DNA of 55,649 bases, the filler included, from Sphacelaria rigidula (taxonomy: Eukaryota): assembly GCA_964200075.2 (NCBI GenBank). It is 6 parts of 6 records of this genome, joined end to end, with 100 filler letters (N's around TTAATTAATTAA, not from the genome) between each part and the next. Parts side by side here need not be neighbours in the genome. Positions count along the whole stretch, not along the records: positions 37,168 to 46,358 come from CAXNAA020009087.1; positions 46,459 to 55,649 come from CAXNAA020009088.1; 4 more parts are not named here. One strand, given 5' to 3'. A program made the translations under genes and the position numbers. The notes beneath the pieces are model-generated. The model was not told where the DNA came from and made no database searches. It was given only the letters and a program-made list of their open reading frames with translations. The first letter of the stretch is position 1. Each line of letters opens with the position of its first letter. Positions 37,168 through 49,317 of the stretch are shown here, one piece after another.

Positions 37168-37589
37168 TTTTAATCCTCCGGGTTCTCATCCTCAATGAAA
37201 AGCACCATCCTCAACATAGATGATCGGCTGTTATAAGCTGGTATCATGGGCTGCCGCGCCCCGGTGGTGTAATGGACCGACTGTCGCCATTAGGGTGGAT
37301 TCACTTCCCGAAGCATTGGATTTTCTCTTCGTAATATCTGACTGATTTCCACCGTGGAAAGCGTGAGAACGTGAGTAAACAAAGTAGTTGACTGAGTTTT
37401 TTCACGTGAGTTGACGCGACGCGGGAGTGCTGATAGTCATGACCCAATCCACGAGACCAAAATGCAAGGCGTGTACCGGGGAGAGTTTGGTTGATCGCTT
37501 GAGACCACGAACTCGTCCCGAGGAAGAGGAGGAGTTCAAAATGCCATAAATAAAAATAAATATTAATATTAAAAAACCATAGGTATGAG

Positions 37590-38331
37590 TTTTTAGAACA
37601 CCCGATTGAGCGGGTAAGGTTGGTGCTGGAATATCGAAATACAGTAGTATCGTAGGTATCGTAGGTACAGCATGCGAAAACACTGCGTTGAACGGGTACG
37701 ATAGGTACTGAAATCTCGAAATACCGTGGTGTCGTCGGTATCGCAGGTATGGCCTTTGAAAATACCCGATTGGCTGGGTACGGCAGGCGCTGGTATCTCG
37801 AAATACCGTGGTATCGTAGGTATCGTAGGTACAACATGCGAAAACACTCCGTTGAACGGGTACGATAGGTACTGAAATCTCGAAATACCGTGGTATCATA
37901 TGTATCGCAGGTATGGCATTTGAAAATACCTGATTGAGCGGGCACGGGAGGTATTGAAATCTCGAAATACTGTGGTGTCGTGGGTATCGTAGGTACGGCA
38001 TGTGTAAATGCCCGATTGAGCGGGTACGGTGGGTACTGGGATCTCGAAATACCGTGGTATCGTGGGTATTGTATGTGCGATTCTTTAAAATACCCGATTG
38101 GGCGGGTACTATAGGTATTCTCGAAATACCGTGGTAACGTATGTATCGCAGGTATGAGATTTGAAATTACCCGATCGAGCGGGTACGGTAGGTACTGGTA
38201 TCTCGAAATACCATGGTGTCGTGGGCATCGTGGGTGTGGCATTTGAAAATTCCCGATTGGACCGGTATCGGTAGGGTATGAGATGTCCCCAATACCGGTA
38301 TTGGGTAGCTACCTTACCTACGGTGCCTCTG
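37590..38331 (-). repeat. 82-bp tandem array (at least 8 units) forming the subterminal region of a transposon-like element with a CAGAGGCACCGTAGG end
   Basis: The marker gaaatac starts at 37636, 37718, 37800, 37882, 37964, 38046, 38123 and 38205; the terminus and unit are shared with 3149-3510. Confidence 0.9.
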
Positions 38332-39714
38332 CAACACTGTATAATAGGAGCGCTCGGTGTTGTCAACCCCACGAATATCCGAATCTCATCTGAGACTTGA
38401 AAAAAAAAGTGATATCAGTGATGCATATGTTGACGCCAGGGCGGCGGGTCCATCGGTACGGGTTTATTTTCATAGTACAAAGACTGATTTCAAGTAATTA
38501 TATTTTAATATTTGTCCTGTCCCTCAACGTTTCACAGTACATTTCAATGAACAAACTTGATTTTAGTATACGTTCCGTCACACACGGTTGTTCCGGGCTT
38601 CTGGTGCCCGCAGCCGTGGTGCAGCACCGTGCGGAGGCAGGATGGTATCCAAGACGACGGCAGTCTCACAAGCGGCGCTCTGTCTATTGGTTTACTGGGT
38701 AGTGTACCCAAAGTTTGCTATGAGTGTCGCCATGCCCGCGGTATGGTTGCAGTGGCCTGGGTTGGTGTTGCAGTCTCCATTTGCGCTTCGGTTGCTGCTG
38801 CATCTGCACGGCCTTGAATACGGCGCCCGATTCAAGATGGCTCCATCGTCGTCTTTGTGTGGTGTTTCATGTTGCTCGGACGGAACATAAACCGAGAAAA
38901 AGACTCCACACGCATCAACACATCAATGCTGCTGGCCCCCTTGGTAGGCTGTCGTGCTGTTGTTCTGAATGACTCGCGTAGATCGATGCCGTACAGACAT
39001 GCACGACAATCAAGCACGGTGCCAACTGGCTGGCCAGCGCTGGCGGATCTTCTTGCGATACAGATACAGTCGGTGTCGCGACAGAAAGTTGATGCGGTAC
39101 AACGCTGGAGACAACCAAGCACTCTACGAACAGGACATCCGACAGCCAACGCAATAATTCATCTCTCTTGTGTATAGGATTCCGTGTGCTAGAATGCAGC
39201 TTCTTTTCGAAGGTGTACGCTTTGCTTGCTTTGACTTGGTGCCATCTTGGTGAGTATCAAAATATTATCGATGCTGACTGCACTTTTTTTTTCCCAGCTC
39301 TCCTCCTTCCGCTGTCCTGGGCTATAGCAAGCCAACGGGGGGATTTGAAGTCCAGAACAGGCCCGGACAAAAAATAACCGAACAGTGCAATCTTGTTGAC
39401 CTCTGTGGCAATTAGGGTTTGGGTAACGCACGTGTCCAGCGATAATCCCGACAAGAAGCATGGAAAACAACGAAAACTCTATGATTTCAGTTTAATTATT
39501 TCATAGCGACGTACCCATGAACTCGGTGCCACGCCGCGCTGGGATAAACTCCTCCTGATAAATTTCTTGTGTTTCCTTGTGAGTCAACGTGTACGCAGGA
39601 CAGCTACAGGAAAATGCACGTGCTTGGTGCAGAAATTTCGATGAAGGATGGAGATTGGTCTGTTCCCGCTCATCATGACAATCCCTTCATCCAGGAAAAA
39701 ATGTTGGCCCTTGA

Positions 39715-40548
39715 CCCTTAGACCGCGAGATTAGTCTTTCTGGATCATGCATACTTTTTTTCACTTGAAATTGATGCCGATTCAACAGGAGACTAACCTC
39801 GCGGCCCAAGGTTGATGCCGATTCAGCAGGTGACCTACCCTCGCGGTCCAAGGGTTTCAACCCTTTGACCGCGAGGGTAGGTCACCTGCTGAATCGGCAT
39901 CAATTTCACTTGAAAAAGTATGCGGTATCCAATGGACTACCCGCATCGCGGTTAACCCTTGGACCGCGAGGTTAGCCTTCTGTTGAATCGGCATCAATTT
40001 CGAGTGAAAAAAAGTATGCATTATCCAAAAAGACTAATCTCGCGGTCTAAGGGTTAACGCTGGGCCGCGAGGGCAGTCCATCAGAAGCATGCATACTTTT
40101 TTCAAGTCAAAATTGATGCCGATTCAGCAGTTGACCAACCCTCGCAGTTAACGGGTTTACCCTTTGACCGCGAGGGCAGGTCACCTACTGAATCGGCATC
40201 AATTTAACCTGAAAAAATTATGTGTGATCCAGATGGACGACCCGCATCGCGGTCTAAGCGTCAACCCTTAGACAGTGAAGGTAGTCTATCTGGATCATGC
40301 ATACTTTTTTCAAGTGAAATTGATGCCGATTCAGCAGATGACCTACTCTCGCTGTCCAGGGGTCAACATTTTGACCGCGAGGGTAGGTCACCTGCTGAAT
40401 CGGCACCAATGTTCACTTGAAAATATTACCCGTGATCTACATGGACTACGCGCACCGTGGTCTAAGGGTTTGGATCTCGATCATGCACACTTTTTTAAAG
40501 TGAATATTGATGCCGATTCAGCATGTGACCTACCCTTGCGGTCCAAGG
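39715..40548. mobile_element. End-to-end cluster of about nine ~100-bp piggyBac-like MITEs in mixed orientation
   Basis: The core ttgatgccgattc or its reverse complement occurs nine times; TIRs CCCTT(A/T/G)GACCGCGAG; junctions are TTAA or one-off variants. 39956-40053 is a complete TTAA-flanked unit. Confidence 0.85.
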
Positions 40549-41297
40549 ATGAACTCTTTTGGGACCGGGTCCCCAGCAAACATGGTTTGCATTCAGGGGC
40601 CTTTTTGTGGACCAGCACCATCTGCTCCTCTTGGAAATCTGGGACAATTTATGAAATTTTCCTCGGCAAGCGTATGCAAGGAAACGGTGGGAAATGCTAC
40701 TAATCCCACACTTGAAGATGGAGACGGCATATCGCCTCCCTCTCGAGCAGAATTTCTACATCCTAGTGCCCCTTGTGCACCGAACGCCCATAAAACATTG
40801 ATTATCTCACATAAGCTGATTGTAAAAATCCAGCCCGTGGTCAGGAGCAGCAAAAATAGAACAGAATAATGTGACACTTGAACGCGCATCACTGCAAGAA
40901 ACGCATTCTGCCATCCTACATGATTACCACGATACTACTTCCCCGCTGGGTGGAAGGGATGGGAAACGAAATTGCCTGCTGCGCTGCTTGACGATGTTGC
41001 TGAATAAATCCCGTACAACTGTACTGTTGTTTTCCTACGTCCTTGTGCGCCTGCCTTTTCTTGTATGGTACCACTCATTTTCCCGGTAACGCTGAATCCG
41101 ATTCCTGCTTCGCTGTAATCCGGCAGCTTGATCCGTTGCACTATGTAACGATTCGTACCGATAAACAAACCGCAGATCCCGCGATGCTCCGATCCTTCAC
41201 CATCAGTTGTTTTCAAGGAAAAATGATGTCGGTTCACGGAAAGGCCCCTGCGTGCAAACCACATGTTTCTCGGGGGTCCGGTCCCAAAAAGATTTAA

Positions 41298-41398
41298 CCC
41301 TTCGACCGCGAGGGTAGGTCGCCGGCTGAATCGGCATCAATTTTCACTTGAAAAAGTATGCCTAATCCAGATGGACTACCCGCACTGCCGTCGAAGGG
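41298..41398 (-). mobile_element. Solo 101-bp piggyBac-like MITE with TTAA target duplication
   Basis: TTAA|CCCTTCGAC ... GTCGAAGGG|TTAA. Confidence 0.85.
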
Positions 41399-44300
41399 TT
41401 AATCCTAACCCTAATCCGGATATCGTCGGCGGTCAGCCCCTCTATGAAGATCTTGATATACATTATAAGTCGATACACGAGATATATCTCAGGTGGCAGT
41501 GTTAGCCTTCCAACCCCGCCGAATCGGCAGCTTCCAGCTTCGTGTTTCGATACATTGGGGCGCCCCTAAAACTGACAAATCACCGAAGAATTTCTCGGCA
41601 CGCCTCCGCAGCGCCGCATCTCCCCCCCCCTCCTCCCCTGCCTTGAGTAAAGAAAAAATCTTCATACTGCCGGGAAGGGGGGGGGGGAACGGTACGGTAG
41701 AGGCCAAGATGGTCTGTGTGGTGTACAGTCCACTCTAGTCGTACCATTCCAGCTTTCGGGGCAATAAACTTTACTGTCAGTCGTAGATGATAATTTTCGT
41801 ATTGGCTGTTCAAAATACCTCGGTGGAGGGTAAATAAGGCTTCAGGGGTACGTACGATATAATGTCAAGACGAAAAGTGGTCGCAAATAGAGGGAACTTA
41901 GTGAGCATTAGTGCTGCTGGGGTTATGGGGATACAATCAGGCGGCCTAAGATAACGTTCCGAAAAGAAGCCTGGCGATTAAAGGGTTAACGATTGGACCG
42001 TGAGGGTAATCCATGTGAATCATGTTTTTTTTTCAAGTAAAATTAATGCCCATTCAACTGATGGCCTCTCTGTGTGGAAAGGTTACACGAACTAGGGTTT
42101 GTATCACAGCTGTCAGGTGTGCGGAGGGGTTGGTGATGTCATGTTATACTCGAGCTTGTGAGAGAAGCATGTAAGAATTTACCGGTGTAAAGTTTGTAAA
42201 TATTTACTCCGTATATGGGACACGAAATACGGACGGTTCAGTACAGCACAACCGGAAGCTGTTGTAAGGGAGAACCAGGGTCCGAAGGCAACACGAGGGC
42301 TGTCGTCTGTCGAAGAGACATAATGATATGCCCCTCACGCCGCACTACATTGTACAGGGAGAGTACAAAACAGTCAGTACGGCAAAATAGCACAGTACCA
42401 TGGCGAATCAGAATGGACGGAGTATCTCCGGTACTGCTGTACCTAGTATTCACCATTGAAGGTCAAGCACACACTGCACGTTGTATATAGAGCGATAATG
42501 TTGTAGGACAGTAGACCATCTTTGCCTGAGGGTTCACGGTCTGCTCCCATTGCGGTTAGATTTACAGCAGCATTTGCGTTAGGGTATTTAAAATTAATAG
42601 TTGGGTAGCCTGAATCACGATTCGGACATGGGTTCTGCGCGCGAGATTGAAACAAACATGCATGCACGAGTCCGTACACATACCGCTCAGATGAGCATTG
42701 ACGATGAAGATTCGTAAATTAGAAATGGTACAATACATAACAACAAGAGTTCACTGGGTGTGTGTTTTGCAGAGTACACTAGTAGGGCTCTAGTGATACA
42801 TTTGCAGGACATGCCCACCACACGGGGTGGACAAAAATTAATGTACATATTATGTCGATCCTGAATGCCTTCTCTCATTTTTTTACATGATCATTTAGTG
42901 TCGATCGCATACAGTCAGTACAGTACGACGGAAGTTAATGTGACTGGTTCCAATTCATGAGAGGAGCGCCGACGTGGCTGTTTGCACTTGCACAGAACTA
43001 GCTGCGAACTACAGACAATTCTTCGCAGTTGTGAGCAAGGCTTTGACCGAGTGACCGCCACTTCGCGCCACCCGTCTCTTCGGCATCAAGCGGATTCATA
43101 CCCCCTGCCCGCGACGGTCGCCGTAGGTAATCTGTGTTGTCCTCACATTCTTCAAGTGATGGTGATGCCGATTCGGCAAATGATGAAGACTGAGGGTCCA
43201 AGGGTCAAAGGTGAACTTCATGTGTTCAAGATTTGAATATTTTCTCCGAAAAATTGACCGTATTTCTTGGAAAGGTCGGTGCAGAATGTAGTGCGATGGA
43301 AATCCGGTGGCTCTGTCTCTCTCTGGGGGCGAACGTGGAGATGGGGGCAGCAAGAGCTTTGCGACTGCGTACTAGTGCCAGTGATTCAGTCCTGACGCAC
43401 GCAGTAAGAGCGAACTCCAGCGCATATGGTAAAAGAGAGCAGGAGTGGGCAGAATACATGCGACTGAAGTGCTGTTGTCAGAACCATCTGCACCGCCAGT
43501 GCACCGTATGGAGCCACCTTGAAGTACATGGGACGCAGGAAACAAATTCCACCGTGAATCTGCTGCACAACTCACTGAGATGTGAAGAAACGCAAACAAA
43601 TGATTGAGTTGCACAAAACCGATGTCCTATTTTCAAATCAAAGTACAGGCAACAGCACACCAGCTCCCTCCGCACATTGGGGAGATCTCTACAGCAGTAC
43701 ACTTGCCGCTATGCTGCTGGGACGTGTGATATTTTGTAGAGATGGATCTAGAACCTCCCGAAGACCAGCCCGGGGGTTCGCTCTTTCTTTTAGATAGATA
43801 GGGTCGGGCAGAACGGGGACAACATATGAACTCAGAAGACAACATCATAATAGTCCGATCTGCCGCACTTCATGTGTTTGTATAATACCGTCCGGAAAGC
43901 ACTGCCCGCGAGGACAAGCGTACAACAACGTCCCAAGCGTGTACAGTGCACAGGGTAACCGAACAGCAGCTGTCTACTCAGAGCTCACCTGTTACCCACA
44001 CAGCAGCGATTGGTCCAGTAGAGGTCTGAGACCACGCGACTCGATAAACAACGGACACCGAGCAGCAGGAGGCTTACCTACCACAAAAAGACCGAGTGGA
44101 TTCGAATGATCTCCGAACACTTTTGAAGAAATCAGTGCCCTGGAGCAGCGAACCAGGCAGCACGGTTGGGAGTCCTGTGCTTTCTTAGGTATCGTCCCTA
44201 TCACTCTCTCTCCCTCGTTGCCCTTTTTCCCGCTACTGCAGGAGTAGATGCTTCTTTGCTCTGCTTCGTGGTTTATCCGCCCAGACCAACGAACGCACAC

Positions 44301-45419
44301 ACTGCGTGTTTTGCGCACTGTTGTTGCGGTTGTCTTTCCGCTCCGGTCGTTGTGCAGTTCATGTTGTGCTAACGGCAGCTTCGAACGCAGAACGTTATTT
44401 TATGAACGGCAAACGGGAACGAATCCCTTGGCGAGGTGAAAGTGACCATGAAAAGTACAGGTTGAAGTATAGGAAACTACCTCAACCTCGAACGCTCCGC
44501 ATTTCTTGGCATTTGGGGGCGGTTTAGTGGTGCTGATCTGTGTGCGAGTGCGTAAGTGTGTGTGCGCGTCATGATATAGCCCCCAGCGATATCGACATCC
44601 ATCTTCCGGGCTAGCGCATGAACTTAATTAGCATCCCGTGTGGGCTGTTGAAAGTGCCACCGTAGGCCTGTTTTGTGATCGAGAGGGTGGCAAGTATCAT
44701 GCCAATGAACACAAGATATAATGCCACTTTTAGCTTTATGGGACGAGAGGCGGCCTACAACAGTATCCAACGCCAAGCTGGCGACTTCTTGGGCTGCTGA
44801 TGTGTGAATAAGACGTATTCGACGACTGCACTGGCATCAGCAGCGACAAGAATTCCCACACGTTACAGTTGGTGTGTAATTAGGGCTCGACTTTTGAAAA
44901 ACCCCGGGTGGTGGTGAGGGTTGTGCAACATAGATTCCAATGCCATGAGCGTCCGCAGCGCAGATACCGCTCAAGAACGAGGTCTCGCTGTTACCGCCCT
45001 TATCAACGCCGACCCTGGGCCTTCATCCCCGCCGCCACACTCAAGGGTTGTCGTTGCAGATACTGGGTTGTGTCGAGATAGCTCTACTGATGATCTTGCT
45101 TCCACAATAAGTTATGCTGGTGGTGGTGATGACGATGAGGATGGTGGTGATGGCGATGGTGACCAGGGTCGGCGGGATCAGCACGGAGTGCAATACGATT
45201 ATATCCTGGGCGGCTCCACCCAAGGCTCTTCCAAATGTGCGTATTTGGTTGTCGATCAAGATACAGTAGTGGAGTTGGGGGCCATTGATTGTTGCGTACG
45301 CAAAGAAAAACGTCACGGCCCACCTTTGTAGGAGGGATATTGTTCTATTGCTGGTGATGGGGCGAAGCGCGCGGGCCCTGGCAAAGACCGCCTGTACTGT
45401 TGTATCAGATTTGCGTCAA

Positions 45420-45528
45420 CCCTTAGACCAGAGTGTAGGTAGTAGGTAGTCCATCTAGATGACGCATACTTTTTTCAAGTGGATATTGATGCCTATTCAG
45501 CAGGTGACCTACCCTCGCGGTCTAAGGG
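45420..45528 (+). mobile_element. Solo piggyBac-like MITE
   Basis: TCAA|CCCTTAGACC ... GGTCTAAGGG|TTAA, with the same core. Confidence 0.8.
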
Positions 45529-45537
45529 TTAAAGTAC

Positions 45538-45647
45538 CACGGGTGGCCACTGGGGTGCCTGCAACCTCAAATTTGGACGTTGCAGACCTTGTGCAACGTC
45601 TGTAACGTCTAAATTTGAGGTAGCAGGCACCCCAGTGGCCACCCGTG
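45538..45647. repeat. Near-perfect 110-bp palindrome (54-bp arms, 4 mismatches); CAC...GTG-ended MITE or hairpin RNA
   Basis: Left arm cacgggtggccactggggtgcctgcaacctcaaatttggacgttgcagaccttg versus right-arm reverse complement cacgggtggccactggggtgcctgctacctcaaatttagacgttacagacgttg; AC flanks both sides. Confidence 0.9.
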
Positions 45648-45863
45648 ACGATATATATGGTACACTGTTCTTCTGTACATGCACACGTACTCCGAAGTAC
45701 TCTATTCAGGAACATGGCTGGTCGTATTCGGCGCGTCAAGTCGTTGCCAGACATGGGAATAAACCAACGCCGATACCCCGCCAATCCCCCTCTACCACCT
45801 CGAATGTTGACAGAGTTCGCATGATTTCTGTGCGAGTATGTTGTGCTGTACTGCATTCAAGTA

Positions 45864-46290
45864 CGAGCTGGGCCAGCCTAGAGGCGGATTTGAAGTTTGC
45901 AGGCCTATGCTCCCACCAATATTTAGAGTTGGACCCAGAGTAGAACCCTGAAATTTGGTATGGACAATGAATAGGGCATGAAACAAAAAAATTACCTCGG
46001 TACCAAACGTTTTTTTTTTCATGAGTTGGAGGCATGAAGCATTTTACTGATGAGTTGAAGGCATTTTACTGATGAGAACTGATTATTGCCCTTAACTCAT
46101 GAAAAAAACCCGTTGGTACCGAGGTATTTTTTTTTCTCATGCCCTATTATTCATTGTCCATACCAAATTTCAGGGTCCCACTCTAAATATTGGCGGGAGC
46201 ATGGGCCTTTAAAAAACCGAGTCGGTTGAAATTCGGAACAGTATTTCCCAGGCCACTCACCAGCCCATGTTTGGTTTTCGTATATTATTG
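45864..46290. mobile_element. Left part of a Tc1/mariner-like MITE with an internal foldback (about 45916-46192)
   Basis: TA|CGAGCTGGGCCAGCCTAGAGGCG as at 5127; accctgaaatttggtatggacaatgaata..tacctcggtacc is inverted downstream. Confidence 0.75.
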
Positions 46291-46292
46291 AA

Positions 46293-46358
46293 GAGTCATC
46301 CCACGATAGGGGGGGGGGGTATATAGTTGCACGAAAAAAGAGGCTCATAAGTGTGTCA
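46293..46358 (+). mobile_element. Terminus of the GAGTCATCC repeat, cut by the end of the piece
   Basis: Matches the reverse complement of 9293-9350. Confidence 0.65.
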
Positions 46359-46458
46359 NNNNNNNNNNNNNNNNNNNNNNNNNNNNNNNNNNNNNNNNNN
46401 NNTTAATTAATTAANNNNNNNNNNNNNNNNNNNNNNNNNNNNNNNNNNNNNNNNNNNN
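46359..46458. other. Artificial linker N44-TTAATTAATTAA-N44
   Basis: Identical 100-bp spacer. Confidence 0.98.
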
Positions 46459-46525
46459 GGTGCTCCGTCTCGAAAGGGATGCGTGGTCAATGGTCAAACG
46501 ACTAAGGCAAGCAACAAATGAGTAC

Positions 46526-46555
<30 letters not shown>
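46459..46555 (+). repeat. Short poly-C-flanked dispersed repeat
   Basis: tgctccgtctcgaaagggatgcgtggtcaatggtcaaa.gactaaggcaagcaacaaatgagtacgcccc is nearly identical to 49243-49317. Confidence 0.85.
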
Positions 46556-46556
<1 letters not shown>

Positions 46557-47368
46557 GCCCGACCCGCCCCACCGTGCCGCCCGCCCCGCCCCGACGCCAC
46601 CCCCCCCCCCCCCCCCCCCACCCCCTGCGAGGTCAATGGTCTGATGACTATGGCAAGCATGATCATGAGTACACCCCCTCACCCCCCTAGCGCCTCAAGA
46701 TGCTGGTACCCCCTTCCGAAGGATGTTGAGACGTGTAGAAAGGGAGGAAGTCTTCTTGTTTAGCAGTCTGTTTTTTACCGTCTCTTGTAGCGCAGTGACT
46801 TGTACTGATTTTCAAAACTTGGCTATAATATGTTGTCCACCACAATAGCCGCGACGAGTTCAATCAATGAATAAAATCTGAGCGGTCACAACTGTGGCGG
46901 TACCCTACGACCGTCGACAACCGGTGAGCCCATAACTCGTCCAGAAGTGATATTTGAGACCAATGCTTGTTCTGTCATGTAGCGTGCTATTATTTGTTCG
47001 TACCCAATATTTATAGTCAACTGCCGACCCCGCTCATTGTACTTGGAACACCGGATCTCCACGATTTTTTTCATGGTTGAACTTGAGTGTGCGATGGATG
47101 TGAAAGGCACTGCTTACATGGACCCGAGTATCTGCGATCTTCCGCTCGTCCATACTCCCATATTGTTACCTTTCCATGCTGCACAAAACTGAATCATTGT
47201 CTCCAAAATTCGTTGCCAAAATATCAGCCCTTTGATATGTTGAAACCCGCAGTTTGAAGATGCTTTCGTTCCCCCCGTTTTTTTTTTACTGCATGCATTC
47301 GCTCTCCATTGACGGCATGCTCGTGGCTCGCATTGGCGTCCTGGTCTCGTGTCGTTTTTCTTCGGCAG

Positions 47369-47526
47369 CTGGAAGGCTTGTGTTCACGTTGTTCACGGCG
47401 GACGTTCCGCTGACAGCAGAAAACTTCCGGGCGCTGTGTACAGGAGAGAAGGGAGAGGGAAGGGTGACGGGGAAGGTTCTGCACTACAAGGGGGTTCCGT
47501 TTCACCGCATAATTCCGGGGTTCATG
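47369..47526 (+). CDS. RS-domain (PPIG/SR-type) cyclophilin peptidyl-prolyl isomerase, internal exon; first exon(s) outside the piece
   Basis: cggcag|CT GGA ... ATG|gtgcgt; [52 protein letters not shown]. Confidence 0.96.
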
Positions 47527-47834
47527 GTGCGTCAAGCTTTATGAGGGGGATGTGACCTTTGCACGTGTGGGCAGAGCAATCTTGACTTGTTAACTCACCC
47601 TATGATATGAGTCGGAACAAAATGTCAGGGCCATATCCTTTACGCACATGTTGGAGCTTTCACCGCAAGAGATCGACCCTACGAAATCACTTCTTCCAAC
47701 GCTGTTCGTCGGCTGTTTTTTGCCTACAGGCGTGTTTTTCATACTGATTTTATGTCTGAAGTTGTGCTTGTGCTGAAACTCACCCTGTGTGGCCCCATCA
47801 ATGCCGTGTTGGGCTTTACTTTTGTCCACGTCAG

Positions 47835-47990
47835 TGTCAAGGTGGCGACTTTGAGCACCGTAACGGCACGGGGGGCGAGAGCATTTACGGGGGAAAATTC
47901 AAGGACGAGCCTGCCGGCCTGAAGCTGAAGCATGATAAGGACTACATGCTCTCCATGGCCAACGCGGGGAAGAACACAAACGGTAGTCAG
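47835..47990 (+). CDS. RS-domain cyclophilin, internal exon
   Basis: gtcag|TGT ... CAG|gtgaga; [47 protein letters not shown]. Confidence 0.97.
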
Positions 47991-48312
47991 GTGAGAAGAC
48001 GATCCATCATGTTTGGAGGAAAAACTGGTTGTGTTTGTATCCCTCGTCTCGAGTTTGAGAAGGTGTGTCGTGTCGTCATCACTTCTCATATCTTTGAAGC
48101 TTGAAACAAAATTGCGTTTTGTTGACTTTTGTTGAGGTTGGACACGAACGTCTTTACCGTCACCCCCATGGAGTGCTCTTGCACAGGGTTTTCATCGATC
48201 GTCATTTTTTATGTATACCTATTTTTTGCTTCGTGACAGAGTTCATTTAAGAAAATTCGGATCGTGGAGTGCTATGTGTGGCGCTTGCTGTCGGAGTTCT
48301 CCCGCAAATATA

Positions 48313-49223
48313 GGCCCACCTCCCACAGATGGGGGTAAATAGAAATGAATGAAAAGATTTTCGCGCGGGCACGATTATGGTCGAGCGTGTAAAAATCGTC
48401 CCTTGGCAAAATTTGAAGGTCCGTCTGAAATCAGGGGAACAAGTATCACATAAGGCATGTCCTGTATCACTGCTGCAGCATAAACACATTCATGCTCTCT
48501 CGTGTGCTGGAGCTGTCGCTGCGCTGTGGTGTGTTCGGACCTTGGCGAAGACGGTTTGGTCTCCGCTGGCACTGCCTGAGTTGCTGAAATGTCACTGCGC
48601 TCGTCTCTGAAGAAAATATTGTTAGTCGGCACGCAGTGCCATCTACACACTGTTGAAACCTTCACTGTGTATTGGCTGTTCCGTCTTGCGTCAAACGAAC
48701 AAGGCGCTTCCCATACCCATCATTTTTATGCTGTAGTTCTCGCTGTGCTGTTGTGAATCTGAACACTACGACGAACACGATGTGATGTGTGCTGGAGTAC
48801 CTGAACAGTTGTACCGCTGCATGCCGTGTTTCGGTGTGCACAGAATTGGGGCGGTTTCGAAGTGCTGTCTGAACAAAAGTTGAAACGATCACATGACGGC
48901 TGTGCACCTGTCCGCTAAGTCTTATTTTATACTTGAGTTGTAGTCGGGTGGTGTGATCGGGGAAGACATGCAAGGCGGGTGCATACAGGTTGGAACAAAC
49001 AAACTGAGCTTGCACGGAGCTGCTGTATCTTCAGTGATGGATGGTAGCAGCTGTCTGTCTCGCAGCAGCGCAATATGTGCTCTAATCAAAGCTCGTTTGC
49101 CACTCATGTCACTCGTTTCTCTCATATGATCGGAGGAAGGTTGCCGCCGCATTTTCGTGTATTGAAGGCTCTGATTGATCGAAAAACCTTGCCACTCATA
49201 TTTCTTCCCCACATATGTGGGCC
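48313..49223. mobile_element. Second copy of the 937-bp element, filling most of the last cyclophilin intron; right end truncated
   Basis: Collinear with 12554-13490 over the whole length by eye. Confidence 0.82.
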
Positions 49224-49242
49224 ATCCCCCCCCCCCCCCCCC

Positions 49243-49317
49243 TGCTCCGTCTCGAAAGGGATGCGTGGTCAATGGTCAAATGACTAAGGCAAGCAACAAA
49301 TGAGTACGCCCCCCCCC
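49243..49317 (+). repeat. Short poly-C-flanked dispersed repeat next to the cyclophilin 3' splice site
   Basis: Nearly identical to 46461-46535. Confidence 0.85.

Noticed and set aside
37301..38242. 313-aa and 199-aa minus-strand ORFs
   Set aside because: By-products of an 82-bp array whose period is not a multiple of three; the same peptides cycle through the frames.
39715..40548. CRISPR-like array
   Set aside because: Units are ~100 bp, in mixed orientation, with no unique spacers or cas genes, in a eukaryotic context; solo TTAA-flanked copies exist.
42998..43201. Minus-strand exon DPQSSSFAESASPSLEECEDNTDY
   Set aside because: Protein-like composition and a possible donor, but no family, no clear acceptor and no partner exons.
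47254..47368. In-frame [13 protein letters not shown] as the missing cyclophilin first exon
   Set aside because: It resembles FDISIDG..GRI, but no donor gives the needed phase and spacing, and it lies in the pyrimidine-rich intron end; probably chance.
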